Notes: generated by a model from the sequence alone, not told the origin. A DNA stretch of 32,000 nucleotides from Burkholderiaceae bacterium (GCA_049653005.1 JBASFL010000091.1:83946-115945), one strand, 5' to 3'; numbered from the stretch's first letter, positions 1 through 8,908 are shown. Numbers and translations are program-made.

Positions 1-235
1 TCCAAGGGCGCACGGCATACATGGTGGCCTGGGGGCCGCGCAAAAAGGGCTCGAAACCGGGCAGCGTGTCGGCGTGCGGCAGGTTGGCCGTGTCGGCAGC
101 GGTGTACAGAGGCTTGACGGTGATGCCGTCCGGCGTGACCCAATTCAGGCTGGACAGCGGCTTGTCTTTCAGCGACTTGGCAGCGGCCTTTTCCCAATCG
201 GACAGGGTGGCGGGCTTGAATTCGGAAGACGACAT
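1..235 (-). CDS. Methylmalonyl-CoA mutase (B12-dependent), first 78 codons; the gene runs off the left edge
   Basis: Own translation of the minus strand from the ATG at 235 gives MSSSEFKPATLSDWEKAAAKSLKDKPLSSLNWVTPDGITVKPLYTAADTANLPHADTLPGFEPFLRGPQATMYAVRPW. The KPLYT...LPG.PP/F.RGP.ATMY..PW block is the conserved N-terminus of methylmalonyl-CoA mutases (cf. E. coli ScpA). It is absent from the ORF track because it is open at the window edge. Confidence 0.8.
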   Translation of the reverse strand, partial: MSSSEFKPATLSDWEKAAAKSLKDKPLSSLNWVTPDGITVKPLYTAADTANLPHADTLPGFEPFLRGPQATMYAVRPW

Positions 236-339
236 GGGCAGACCTCGGCAGTGCAACAGGGAATGGGGTGAGACCCCGGCATTTTACGTGATTCATAATT
301 ATTCATTCAAAAATTGCCGAGGTCTTACAATCGCGGCCC

Positions 340-993
340 ATGTCGCCTCCCGCCGTTGCCAACGCCCCCACCCTGTCCACCCGCGCCCTGTATGAAGAGG
401 TGGCCGAGTTGCTGCGCCAGCGCATTTTCAGCCGCGCGCTGGAGCCCGGCAGCTGGATTGACGAGTTGCGGATTGCCGAAGAACTGGGCATCAGCCGCAC
501 ACCGCTGCGCGAAGCGCTGAAGGTGTTGGCCGCCGAAGGGCTGGTGACCATGAAAGTGCGCCGGGGTGCTTACGTGACCGAGGTGTCCGAACAAGACCTG
601 CGCGATGTCTACCACCTGCTGGCCCTGCTGGAGAGCGACGCCGCCGCAGTGGTGGCCACCACCGCCACCGACGCCCAGCTGACCGACCTGCAAGCCCTGC
701 ACCAGGAGCTTGAAAACGCCGTCACCGACCGCGACCGCTTTTTCACCATCAACGAGCGCTTTCACATGCGGCTGCTGGCGTTGGCCAACAACCGCTGGCG
801 CGACCAGATGGTGGGCGATTTGCGCAAGGTCATGAAGCTCAACCGCCACAACTCGCTGTTCAAAAGCGGGCGGCTGCAAGAGTCGTTGGCCGAACACCGG
901 GCCATTGTGGCGGCGCTGGTGGCACGCCAGGCCAGTGAAGCGGCCAAGCGCATGCGCGAGCACTTTGCCAACGGCTTGCAGGCGGCCAACTGA
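340..993 (+). CDS. GntR/FadR-family transcriptional regulator (winged HTH plus FCD-type C-terminal domain)
   Basis: 217-aa ORF. N-terminal LYEEVAELLRQRIFSRALEPGSWIDELRIAEELGISRTPLREALKVLAAEGLV is the canonical GntR wHTH. It is followed by a helical ligand domain. It is divergent from the mutase gene. Confidence 0.85.
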   Translation: MSPPAVANAPTLSTRALYEEVAELLRQRIFSRALEPGSWIDELRIAEELGISRTPLREALKVLAAEGLVTMKVRRGAYVTEVSEQDLRDVYHLLALLESDAAAVVATTATDAQLTDLQALHQELENAVTDRDRFFTINERFHMRLLALANNRWRDQMVGDLRKVMKLNRHNSLFKSGRLQESLAEHRAIVAALVARQASEAAKRMREHFANGLQAAN

Positions 994-1013
994 AAGCAGA
1001 GCTAAAAAGCCAT

Positions 1014-1051
1014 ACCCACCAAGCGCTGGGTGCCTTTTTCATTCATTTTTT
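1014..1051 (+). terminator. Weak hairpin plus T-runs in the convergent gap between the GntR gene and the ExoD-like gene
   Basis: ACCCA(1014-1018)/TGGGT(1027-1031) stem followed by CCTTTTTCATTCATTTTTT. The stem is only 5 bp, so this is tentative. Confidence 0.3.
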
Positions 1052-1073
1052 CACAACGGGCAACGGGCAACGG

Positions 1074-1649
1074 TCAAGGGCCCAGAAAACCGGCAGCCAA
1101 CACGCCCAGCCCCGCCGTGATGCCCAGCGCCACGCCACCGGTGGCCAGCCCGGCCAACACGGCCAACCCGTCGCGAAACACCAGGCCCAGGCCCAGCAGC
1201 ACCAGGGCCACGGCAGGCAAGACATTGCCAAACGGAATGGGCAGAAAAATCAGCACCGCCATCGCGGCCACCCAGGCGGCCATCCAATGCCGGTGCACCG
1301 CATGGGTCAGCCCCGTCAGGCGCTCGCGCGCCAACGTGGCGGCCCTGGCATACACCCAGGCCAGCACATGCAACACCCGCACCGCCGCCTGTGTGGGCAA
1401 ACTCAGCCGGGCCACGCGGGCGGGCAACTGGCAGGTGTGATCGCCCCGCCACATCCACACCGCAGATGCGGCAATCCCCCAGGCCAACACTGTGCCCACC
1501 CCGGGCAACGGCAACAAACAAGGCGCGGCCAGCAGCACCAACAGCGCGCCTTGCGTGGCCTGGCCGTGCAACGCGGCCAAATCGGCCACCGTCACGCTGG
1601 GGTGTGGCAGTTGGGAGGCCGCCTCTTTCAATGCGTCGTGCAACCGCAT
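1074..1649 (-). CDS. ExoD-family (exopolysaccharide synthesis ExoD-like) inner-membrane protein
   Basis: 191 aa. The layout fits my recollection of ExoD (PF06055): a short cytoplasmic head (VTVADLAALHGQATQGALLVLLAAPCLLPLPGVG) followed by several hydrophobic helices. Confidence 0.55.
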   Translation of the reverse strand: MRLHDALKEAASQLPHPSVTVADLAALHGQATQGALLVLLAAPCLLPLPGVGTVLAWGIAASAVWMWRGDHTCQLPARVARLSLPTQAAVRVLHVLAWVYARAATLARERLTGLTHAVHRHWMAAWVAAMAVLIFLPIPFGNVLPAVALVLLGLGLVFRDGLAVLAGLATGGVALGITAGLGVLAAGFLGP

Positions 1650-1673
1650 GGCAGGTGCCTTGGGTTCAGGCGG

Positions 1674-1982
1674 TCAGTCAAAAATGTCGCTCAGCCACGA
1701 CTTTTTGCGCTTGTACGCGCCCGGGTGTCCCCGGTGCGGCTGGAAGTCGGAGTCCTCAAAGTCGGGGCGCCGGTGGTGCTGCTGGGCGGCATAGGCGGGG
1801 GGCTGGGCCGGCGGCGCAACCTGTGCAGGCGCTTGGGCCGCTGCACGGTCCATCAGCTTGTCCAGCTCACCACGGTCCAGCCACACGCCTCGGCATTGGG
1901 GGCAGTAGTCAATTTCCACGCCTTGGCGTTCGGTCATCACCAGGTCCACGCCGGCACAGGTGTGGGTGTTGGGGCATTTCAT
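1674..1982 (-). CDS. TFIIB-type zinc-ribbon domain protein (zf-TFIIB family)
   Basis: MKCPNTHTCAGVDLVMTERQGVEIDYCPQCRGVWLDRGELDKL has the CP..C...CPQC zinc ribbon plus the GVWLD.GEL motif. The start is placed at the ATG at 1982 rather than the ORF-track 2024. It lies 13 nt downstream of the HPF-like gene, so it is probably co-transcribed. Confidence 0.7.
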   Translation of the reverse strand: MKCPNTHTCAGVDLVMTERQGVEIDYCPQCRGVWLDRGELDKLMDRAAAQAPAQVAPPAQPPAYAAQQHHRRPDFEDSDFQPHRGHPGAYKRKKSWLSDIFD

Positions 1983-1995
1983 GGGGGCTCCTGGG

Positions 1996-2343
1996 TCAAA
2001 CGGTTTGCTGGGCAGACACCACACCCGGCTTCTGCGCGGGCTGGGGCTTGCGGCTGTTGACCCGGCGGGTCAACGCATGGGCCGCGCGGGACAGGGCCAT
2101 GTCCAGCGTGGCGCGCCAGTCGCCCCCGCGCGACGACACCACCAGCACCCCGCCACTGGCGGTGCTGAGCTGGATTTGGCATTGCTTGTCCACCCCACCG
2201 CGTGGCCCGTTCAAATCTTTCAGCCGCACCACCGCGCGGCTGACCACGCCAGACAGCCGCTGGGTGGCAAAACGCACACGGGCCTCCACCCATTCGCGGA
2301 TGGCTTGGGCGTCGGGGTGCTGGGTTTGAACGACTACTTCCAT
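1996..2343 (-). CDS. HPF/RaiA-family ribosome-associated protein (short form)
   Basis: MEVVVQTQHPDAQAIREWVEARVRFATQRLSGVVSRAVVRLKDLNGPRGGVDKQCQIQL... resembles the small HPF/RaiA-like proteins of beta-proteobacteria. The ATG at 2343 is preceded by AAAGGAGCAATGCC (good SD). The upstream ATG at 2379 has none. Confidence 0.6.
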   Translation of the reverse strand: MEVVVQTQHPDAQAIREWVEARVRFATQRLSGVVSRAVVRLKDLNGPRGGVDKQCQIQLSTASGGVLVVSSRGGDWRATLDMALSRAAHALTRRVNSRKPQPAQKPGVVSAQQTV

Positions 2344-2455
2344 GGCATTGCTCCTTTGAAAACAAACAAGAACCTGCATGGTGTGCCCACAAACACTTCT
2401 AAAAAATAAACGAAAGCCTGATAATCATTCTGTCTTTGCCGATATTTAAAAACCC

Positions 2456-3358
2456 ATGACCACCTACAACTACAAGCACCTTTACTACTTTTGGGTGGTG
2501 GCCAAAGAAGGCGGCATGTCGCGCGCGGCCGAACGCCTGGGCATGGCGGTGCAAACCATCAGCACCCAGGTGCGCGAGCTGGAGCGCAGCCTGGGCCACC
2601 AACTGCTCAAGCCCCAGGGCCGCAACGTGGTGCTGACCCACGCGGGTGAAGCGGCCTTTGCCCAGGCCGAGCAAATTTTCCAACTGGGCGAAAAGCTGCC
2701 CGATGTGTTGACCGCCGCCACCGCCGCACCCAAGGTGGCGCTGCGGGTGGGCATTTCAGACGGGCTGCCCAAACTGGCCATTCCCCGGCTGCTGGGCCCG
2801 GCCCTGGGGGCCGAGAACCTGCGGCTGGAATGCCACGAAGACGAGTTTGAAGACCTGCTGGCCGACCTGGCTCTGCACCGGCTCGATTTGATTCTGGCCG
2901 ACCGCCCTGCCCCGCCCAACGGCAACGTGCGCGTGTACAGCCACGCGTTGGGCAGCTCACCCTTGCAGTGGTTTGGCCACGCCAAATGGGCCCAGCCGTG
3001 GGCGGCAGCGGCTCTGGCAGACCAACCCGCCCAAGCCTTGGCCACCCTACCCCTGCTGCTGCCCACCACCCACTCGGCCGTGCGCAACCGCCTGAACCAG
3101 TGGATGGACAAGCAGCACATACAACCCAACGTGGTCGGTGAATTTGAAGACAGCGCGCTGCTGGCCACGTTTGCGGCCACGGGCATGGGCCTGTTCCCCG
3201 CGCCCGAGCTGGTGCGCGACGAACTCACCCAGCGGCTGGGCTTTGTGTGGCTGGGCGCTTGCGAGGGCGTGACCGAGCAGTTTTATTTGATTGGCTCTGA
3301 GCGCAAGGTGATGCACCCCTTGGTGAAACAGGTGCTGGAAGCGGGCGTGGTGATTTGA
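2456..3358 (+). CDS. LysR-family transcriptional regulator, NhaR-like subgroup
   Basis: 300 aa. The N-terminus YNYKHLYYFWVVAKEGGMSRAAERLGMAVQTISTQVRELE closely parallels the E. coli NhaR N-terminus (INYNHLYYFW.V.KEG). It is followed by a LysR substrate-binding domain. Confidence 0.85.
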   Translation: MTTYNYKHLYYFWVVAKEGGMSRAAERLGMAVQTISTQVRELERSLGHQLLKPQGRNVVLTHAGEAAFAQAEQIFQLGEKLPDVLTAATAAPKVALRVGISDGLPKLAIPRLLGPALGAENLRLECHEDEFEDLLADLALHRLDLILADRPAPPNGNVRVYSHALGSSPLQWFGHAKWAQPWAAAALADQPAQALATLPLLLPTTHSAVRNRLNQWMDKQHIQPNVVGEFEDSALLATFAATGMGLFPAPELVRDELTQRLGFVWLGACEGVTEQFYLIGSERKVMHPLVKQVLEAGVVI

Positions 3359-3380
3359 GCCTGCCCGCAGGGTGTGTGGC

Positions 3381-4199
3381 TCAATCAGAATCGCCGTCGC
3401 CGCCCAGCACACCGCCCAACAAGCCTCCGGCAGCAAAGCCCCCCAGCACCGAGCCCTCTTCACGTGAGCCGCCCCGCTGTGGCGCGGCCGCAAAAATGCG
3501 CGAGGCCAGGCGCGAAAACGGCAAGCTTTGCAGCCACACGGTACCGGGACCGGTCATTTTGGCCAGGAACAGGCCCTCGCCACCAAACAAAGCCGTTTTG
3601 ATTTTGCCGACGTACTGAATTTCAAAGCCCACGTTGGGCGTGTAGGCCACCACACAGCCGGTGTCCACCATCAGCGTTTGGCCAGCGGCCAATTCGCGCT
3701 TCACCACGGTTCCGCCCGCGTGCACGAAGGCCATGCCCTCGCCTTCCAGCTTTTGCATGATGAAACCCTCGCCGCCGAAAAACCCCACCGAGAGTTTTTG
3801 CTGCAAGGCAATGCCCAGGCTCACCCCACGCGCCGCGCACAGAAACGAGTCTTTCTGACAAATGAGGGTGCCGCCCAACTGTTGCAGGTTCATGGGCAAA
3901 ATTTTGCCCGGGTAAGGCGCGGCAAACGCCACGCGCTGCTTGCCTGAGCCCTGGTTGGTGTACACGGTGGTGAACAGCGACTCACCCGTGACCAGCCGTT
4001 TGCCCGCGCTCAGCAGCTTGCCGAAAAAACCACCGCTTTGCTGCGCGCCGTCGCCAAACACGGTGTCCATGGCAATGCCCGCGTCCATGAACATGAGGCT
4101 GCCGGCCTCGCCGATGGCGGCCTCGCCGGGGTCAAGCTCCACCTCCACAAACTGCATTTCTGCGCCGCGAATGTCGTAGTCGATCACGTCCATGGCCAT
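3381..4199 (-). CDS. TIGR00266 / AIM24 (DUF124) family protein
   Basis: 272 aa. IDYDIRGAEMQFVEVELDPGEAAIGEAGSLMFMD...GFIMQKLEGEGMAFVHAGGTV...VDTGCVVAY is the typical AIM24-family pattern. It has a Gly-rich C-terminal tail. Confidence 0.75.
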   Translation of the reverse strand: MAMDVIDYDIRGAEMQFVEVELDPGEAAIGEAGSLMFMDAGIAMDTVFGDGAQQSGGFFGKLLSAGKRLVTGESLFTTVYTNQGSGKQRVAFAAPYPGKILPMNLQQLGGTLICQKDSFLCAARGVSLGIALQQKLSVGFFGGEGFIMQKLEGEGMAFVHAGGTVVKRELAAGQTLMVDTGCVVAYTPNVGFEIQYVGKIKTALFGGEGLFLAKMTGPGTVWLQSLPFSRLASRIFAAAPQRGGSREEGSVLGGFAAGGLLGGVLGGDGDSD

Positions 4200-4245
4200 G
4201 GTGTTGCTCCGTCAAAGTTCAAAAAATGGAAAACCTGCGCACATC

Positions 4246-5646
4246 CTATTGCAGCAGGGTGAGCTTTTTGCGCACCAGTTGTATGTGGCTGCGCAGGGCA
4301 TACAACTCGTCGGTGTAGGCCAGTGGCACTTGCATGCGGCCGGCTTTGGCCTCCAATGCGTCCAGCTCGGCCAACAAGGCCCCCACCCGCTCTGGCGAGC
4401 CCGCCACGCGAATGCCCGGTGGGGCGGCGCGGTCTTCAATGTCCCGCAGCTCGGCGTACCACCTGAACACGCGCGAGCGGATGCGCAGGGTGTAAATAGG
4501 CGGCACCACACGCGACAGTGGCAGCGCCAGGGCCAATATCAAACCCATGGCCAGCCACATGCGCTCCACCAGGTTGGCCAGCCAAAACGGCAAATGGCGC
4601 TGCCAAAACGGTGCAGCCCCCGCCAGGGCCCGGTTGGCCTCGGCGGCCAGCGGCAATTCGGTGTGGGCCAGGTTCGGAAACTCGCGGGCCTGGGCAAACC
4701 AGCCCGGCTCGCGGTGCAGGGCCACGGCGGTTTGGGCCATGAGTTGCAGCACGGCGGGGTGGGTGTCGGTGTGGGCCAGCAGGCTGGTGGTGGGGGCAAT
4801 CAGGCGCACGGGCGTGCGCGGCAGGTTGCGGGCCAAATCGGCCACACCTTGCGGCAACACCACCGCCTTCAAATAGGGAAAGCGGCGGGCGTAGGCCTGG
4901 CTTTGGGCAAAGTCCATCAGCCGCACACCCGGGGTCAGCAGCAGCATTTGCACCAGCGGCGACTCGGGGGCCGATGCAAACACCAGGGCATCCAACCGGC
5001 CCTCCAGAAAGGCCACCGTGGCGGGGGTTTGGTCCAATGCCGATAGCACAAATTCCTTGTCAGACAAGCGGTTGGCGTCCAAAACACTTGAAAACAAGGT
5101 GGGCACACCACTGCCGGGCGTGCCCACGTTCACCCGCCAGCCTTTGAGCTGCGTCAGGTGGGCCAGTTGCCGCGCACCGGTGTGTTGCTGGGCTGTGCGC
5201 TCGCGGTAGAACAGCCACAGGGGCTCCACAAAAAGGTTGCCCAGCGACACCAGGCTGGCCTGGTCGTCTTCCGTCAGGGGGGCGCTGCCGCCTTGCACAA
5301 AGGCCATGTCCACCTCGCCCGACCTTAGCAACGCCAGGTTGTGCAGCGACCCGTCTGTGGGGCGTAGCACCAGCTCAATGCCCTGCGCGGCCAGCGCGCT
5401 GGCGTAGCGTTCACCGAACGTGGCGTAGGCGCTTTGGGCGGGGCCGGTGGCCAGCACCACACGCTTGGGCGGGTTGGGGTTGAGCCACCAAAACGCCAGC
5501 ACCACCAGGCCCACCACCAGCAACACCAGGGGCCCGGCGGACACCAACAGGTCGCGCAGCGTCCACCAAAAGCCGCGCCAGGCGCGGGCGGCCCAGGCCT
5601 TGCCGGCGTTGACACGCCCCGGCGCAGGGTGCGGCCCGGTGCTCAT
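4246..5646 (-). CDS. TAXI-family (TRAP-associated) solute-binding-like protein with N- and C-terminal membrane anchors
   Basis: The start is chosen at the ATG at 5646 (MSTGPHP...). It overlaps the dusA stop in an ATGA (5643-5646). The ORF-track start at 5787 would lie inside dusA. Architecture: TM helix (LLVSAGPLVLLVVGLVVLAFWWL), then a ~300-aa TAXI-like periplasmic domain (VVLATGPAQSAYATFGERYA...), then a second TM helix (WLAMGLILALALPL) and a helical cytoplasmic tail. Confidence 0.55.
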   Translation of the reverse strand: MSTGPHPAPGRVNAGKAWAARAWRGFWWTLRDLLVSAGPLVLLVVGLVVLAFWWLNPNPPKRVVLATGPAQSAYATFGERYASALAAQGIELVLRPTDGSLHNLALLRSGEVDMAFVQGGSAPLTEDDQASLVSLGNLFVEPLWLFYRERTAQQHTGARQLAHLTQLKGWRVNVGTPGSGVPTLFSSVLDANRLSDKEFVLSALDQTPATVAFLEGRLDALVFASAPESPLVQMLLLTPGVRLMDFAQSQAYARRFPYLKAVVLPQGVADLARNLPRTPVRLIAPTTSLLAHTDTHPAVLQLMAQTAVALHREPGWFAQAREFPNLAHTELPLAAEANRALAGAAPFWQRHLPFWLANLVERMWLAMGLILALALPLSRVVPPIYTLRIRSRVFRWYAELRDIEDRAAPPGIRVAGSPERVGALLAELDALEAKAGRMQVPLAYTDELYALRSHIQLVRKKLTLLQ

Positions 5647-6692
5647 GCCAGGGCGGCGTGGGCCAGCGCCATGACGTCGGCAGGGGGCAGGGTTTTCAGG
5701 CGGTGGTCGCTCCACACCTGGCGCCATTTGCGTGCGCCCGGGGTGCCGTTGCGCAGGCCCAGCATGTGGCGGGCGATGTGCGACCACGGCGTGCCGTGTT
5801 CAGCGGCCTGTCGGGCCATGTAGGCCACCATCGCCTCCTCAACCGCTTCGCGGGTGAGGTCGGGCTGGGCGGCAGGCTCACCCCAAAACCGGTGGTCCCA
5901 GTCCGCCATGCACCAGGGGTTGTGGTAAGCCTCGCGCCCCACCATCACGCCATCGACGTGCTGCAACTGGCCTTCGATTTGCTCAAGCGTGGTGATGCCG
6001 CCGTTGACCACGATGGTGAGCGCCGGAAAGTCGGTTTTCAGGCGGTGGGCCAGTTCGTAGCGCAGCGGGGGCACTTCGCGGTTTTCTTTGGGGCTGAGGC
6101 CTTTGAGCCACGCATTGCGGGCATGCACGGTGAACACCCGGCAACCGGCCTGGGCCACAGTGCCCACAAAGTCGCGCACAAAGTCGTAGCTCTCCACCTT
6201 GTCGATGCCAATGCGGTGCTTCACGGTCACGGGCACGTTCACCACATCGAGCATGGCTTTCACGCCGTCGGCCACCAGCTGGGGCTCGGCCATCAAACAC
6301 GCGCCAAACGCGCCGCGCTGCACGCGTTCGGAAGGGCAGCCGCAATTCAGGTTGATTTCGCCGTAGCCCCATTGCGCACCCAGGCGGGCGGCCTGGGCCA
6401 GGTCGGCGGGCTCGCTGCCGCCCAGTTGCAGGGCCACGGGGTGCTCTTCGGCGTTGAACCGCAGGTGGCGCGGCACGTCACCGTGAATCAACGCGCCGGT
6501 GGTCACCATCTCGGTGTACAGCAAGGTGCGGCGGGTGATGAGGCGGTGGAAGAAACGGCAGTGTTTGTCGGTCCAATCCATCATCGGCGCAACAGACAAA
6601 CGCCAGGGGCTGAAAGCAGCGGTGGGAGGGGTGCGGGGAGTGGCAAGCAAAGGCGCGGGCATGGGTGGAATTATCCCCGCCCGGTCTTCCAT
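5643..6692 (-). CDS. dusA: tRNA dihydrouridine(20/20a) synthase DusA
   Basis: LSVAPMMDWTDKHCRFFHRLITRRTLLYTEMVTTGALIHGD...INLNCGCPS...VTVKHRIGID is the diagnostic DusA sequence. The start could alternatively be the second ATG at 6662. Confidence 0.9.
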   Translation of the reverse strand: MEDRAGIIPPMPAPLLATPRTPPTAAFSPWRLSVAPMMDWTDKHCRFFHRLITRRTLLYTEMVTTGALIHGDVPRHLRFNAEEHPVALQLGGSEPADLAQAARLGAQWGYGEINLNCGCPSERVQRGAFGACLMAEPQLVADGVKAMLDVVNVPVTVKHRIGIDKVESYDFVRDFVGTVAQAGCRVFTVHARNAWLKGLSPKENREVPPLRYELAHRLKTDFPALTIVVNGGITTLEQIEGQLQHVDGVMVGREAYHNPWCMADWDHRFWGEPAAQPDLTREAVEEAMVAYMARQAAEHGTPWSHIARHMLGLRNGTPGARKWRQVWSDHRLKTLPPADVMALAHAALA

Positions 6693-6797
6693 TGCCGGTC
6701 AGGGCCACACACCCAAAACAAAACCCACCCCAGGCAAGCCCGGGGTGGGTTTGAAAACCGGCGCGTGGCGGGCGGCGGGGTGCCGCCCGGCGCGGCA

Positions 6798-7535
6798 TCA
6801 GCTCATGTGCAGGCCGCCGTTCACGGCAAACTCGGCGCCGGTGGTGTAACCACCTTCTTCCGAAGCCAGCCAAGCGATGATGGACGCGATTTCGCTGGGC
6901 TTGCCCAAGCGCTTCACAGGCACGGTGGCCACGATTTTTTCCAGCACGTCGGGGCGGATGGCGTTCACCATGTCGGTGCCCACGTAGCCGGGGCTGACGG
7001 TGTTCACGGTCACGCCTTTGGTGGCCATTTCCTGCGCCAGGGCCATGGAGAAGCCGTGCATACCGGCTTTGGCGGCCGAGTAGTTGGTCTGGCCAGCCTG
7101 GCCTTTGGCACCGTTCACCGACGAAATGTTGATGATGCGGCCCCAGCCCTTTTCCACCATGTCTGCCACCACTTGTTTGGTGACGTTGAACATGGAGGTG
7201 AGGTTGGTGCTGATCACGGCATCCCAGTCTTCCTTGCTCATTTTCAGGAACATGCGGTCTTTGGTGATACCGGCGTTGTTCACCAACACGTCGATCACGC
7301 CGTGTTCGGCCTTGGCTTTTTCAAACGCGGCCACGGTGGACTCCCAATCGCCCACGTTGCCCATGGACGCGTAGAAGGTGTAGCCCAGCGCGGCTTGCTC
7401 GTCGATCCACTTTTGCGCATCGCGTGTGGGGCCGCAACCGGCGATGACCTTGAAGCCTTCTTTGTGCAGGCGCTGGCAAATGGCGGTGCCGATGCCACCC
7501 ATACCGCCGGTGACGTACGCTACTTTTTGGCTCAT
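6798..7535 (-). CDS. phaB: Acetoacetyl-CoA reductase (NADPH-dependent SDR), PHB pathway
   Basis: 245 aa. VAYVTGGMGGIGTAICQRL (Rossmann), NNAGIT, and the SSVNG...YSAAKAG catalytic motif are present. It ends in GGLHMS like Cupriavidus PhaB. It is the last gene of the phaCAB arrangement. Confidence 0.92.
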   Translation of the reverse strand: MSQKVAYVTGGMGGIGTAICQRLHKEGFKVIAGCGPTRDAQKWIDEQAALGYTFYASMGNVGDWESTVAAFEKAKAEHGVIDVLVNNAGITKDRMFLKMSKEDWDAVISTNLTSMFNVTKQVVADMVEKGWGRIINISSVNGAKGQAGQTNYSAAKAGMHGFSMALAQEMATKGVTVNTVSPGYVGTDMVNAIRPDVLEKIVATVPVKRLGKPSEIASIIAWLASEEGGYTTGAEFAVNGGLHMS

Positions 7536-7690
7536 TTTGGTTCCTTGTCTCTCTCTGGGGGTGATGTCCAGGGGGCCTACACGGCTCCCTGGGGTTTAAA
7601 AATACGATAGCTGACTGTCCATACCAGTCAAGCGCCAGAGGCCATTTTTACTTGTAAATCAGCCTCTGCACCTACCAGCACGGGTGTGCC

Positions 7691-8869
7691 TCAGCGCTCC
7701 AGCGCCAGGGCAACGCCCATGCCGCCGCCGATGCACAGCGCGGCCAGGCCCTTCTTGGCATTGCTGCGCTGCATTTCGTGCAGCAGCGTCACCAGAATGC
7801 GGCAGCCGGACGCACCGATGGGGTGGCCAATCGCAATGGCGCCACCGTTCACGTTGACCTTGGCGGGGTCGATGTCCAGGGCCTTGTTCACGGCGCAGGC
7901 TTGGGCGGCGAAGGCTTCGTTCAGCTCGAACAAGTCCACGTCAGAGGCTTTCCAGCCAGCGCGGGCCAGGGCGCGCTGCGAGGCGGACACAGGGCCCATG
8001 CCCATGATCGCGGGGTCGAGGCCGGTGGTGCCGAAGCTGGCGATGCGGGCCAGGGGTGTCAGGCCCAGGGCAGCGGCTTTCTTGGCGGTCATCACCATCA
8101 CGGCGGCGGCACCGTCGTTGATGCCAGAGGCGTTGCCTGCGGTCACGCTGCCAGCTTTGTCGAACGCGGGGCGCAAACCGGCCAGCGCTTCGGCGTTGGT
8201 TTTTTTGTTGATGAATTCGTCGGCGTTGAACACCACAGGGTCGCCCTTGCGCTGGGGAATGACCACATCGGTGATTTCAGCTTTGAATTTGCCCGCTTCT
8301 TGCGCGGCAGAGGCTTTTTGCTGACTGCCCAGTGCCAAGGCGTCTTGCATGTCGCGGGTGATGCCATTGGCCTTGGCCACGTTTTCGGCGGTGATGCCCA
8401 TGTGGTACTGGTTGTAAACATCCCACAGGCCGTCGGTGATCATGGTGTCGATCATTTTCCAATCGCCCATGCGCTGGCCGTCGCGGCTGCCCAGCAGCAC
8501 GTGGGGAGACGCAGACATGTTTTCCTGGCCACCGGCGATGACAATTTCGCTGTCGCCCCAGGCCACGGACTGGGCGGCCAGCATCACGGCCTTGAGGCCA
8601 GAGCCACACACGGCGTTGATGGTGAGCGCTGGGGTTTCTTTGGCCAAACCGGCCTTCATCACGGCCTGGCGTGCGGGGTTTTGGCCCGCGCCAGCGGCCA
8701 GCACCTGGCCCATGATGACTTCACCCACCGCGTCGGCAGGCAGGCCACTGCGCTCAAGCAGGCCCTTGATGACGATGCTGCCCAGGTCGGTGGCAGCGGT
8801 TTTGGCCAGTGAACCACCGAACTTGCCCACGGCGGTGCGGGTGGCTGAAACGATGACGATGTCTTCCAT
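7691..8869 (-). CDS. phaA: Acetyl-CoA C-acetyltransferase (beta-ketothiolase)
   Basis: 392 aa. It has the thiolase signatures VNAVCGSGLKAV (active-site Cys), NVNGGAIAIGHPIGASG and GLAALCIGGGMG. Confidence 0.93.
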   Translation of the reverse strand: MEDIVIVSATRTAVGKFGGSLAKTAATDLGSIVIKGLLERSGLPADAVGEVIMGQVLAAGAGQNPARQAVMKAGLAKETPALTINAVCGSGLKAVMLAAQSVAWGDSEIVIAGGQENMSASPHVLLGSRDGQRMGDWKMIDTMITDGLWDVYNQYHMGITAENVAKANGITRDMQDALALGSQQKASAAQEAGKFKAEITDVVIPQRKGDPVVFNADEFINKKTNAEALAGLRPAFDKAGSVTAGNASGINDGAAAVMVMTAKKAAALGLTPLARIASFGTTGLDPAIMGMGPVSASQRALARAGWKASDVDLFELNEAFAAQACAVNKALDIDPAKVNVNGGAIAIGHPIGASGCRILVTLLHEMQRSNAKKGLAALCIGGGMGVALALER

Positions 8870-8908
8870 GGATGTGTCTCCTGTGCAAAAAAAGGGAATG
8901 AATGGGGG

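Noticed and set aside
6693-6797. dusA 5' region as an integration hotspot for DusA-specific integrases
   Set aside because: The region is only a 105-bp intergenic spacer before phaB. There is no integrase, repeat or foreign DNA there.
5658-7610. 650-aa + strand ORF, the longest in this region
   Set aside because: It lies entirely antisense to dusA and phaB, whose products are unmistakable. Its translation is a Gly/His/Arg/Val-rich low-complexity string with no SD. This is a typical high-GC shadow ORF.
7604-7631. Possible internal promoter for phaB in the 155-bp phaA-phaB spacer (minus sense TTGACT-N16-TATCGT)
   Set aside because: The hexamers are plausible, but phaCAB is normally one operon and I have no independent support. 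It is noted here rather than listed as a feature.
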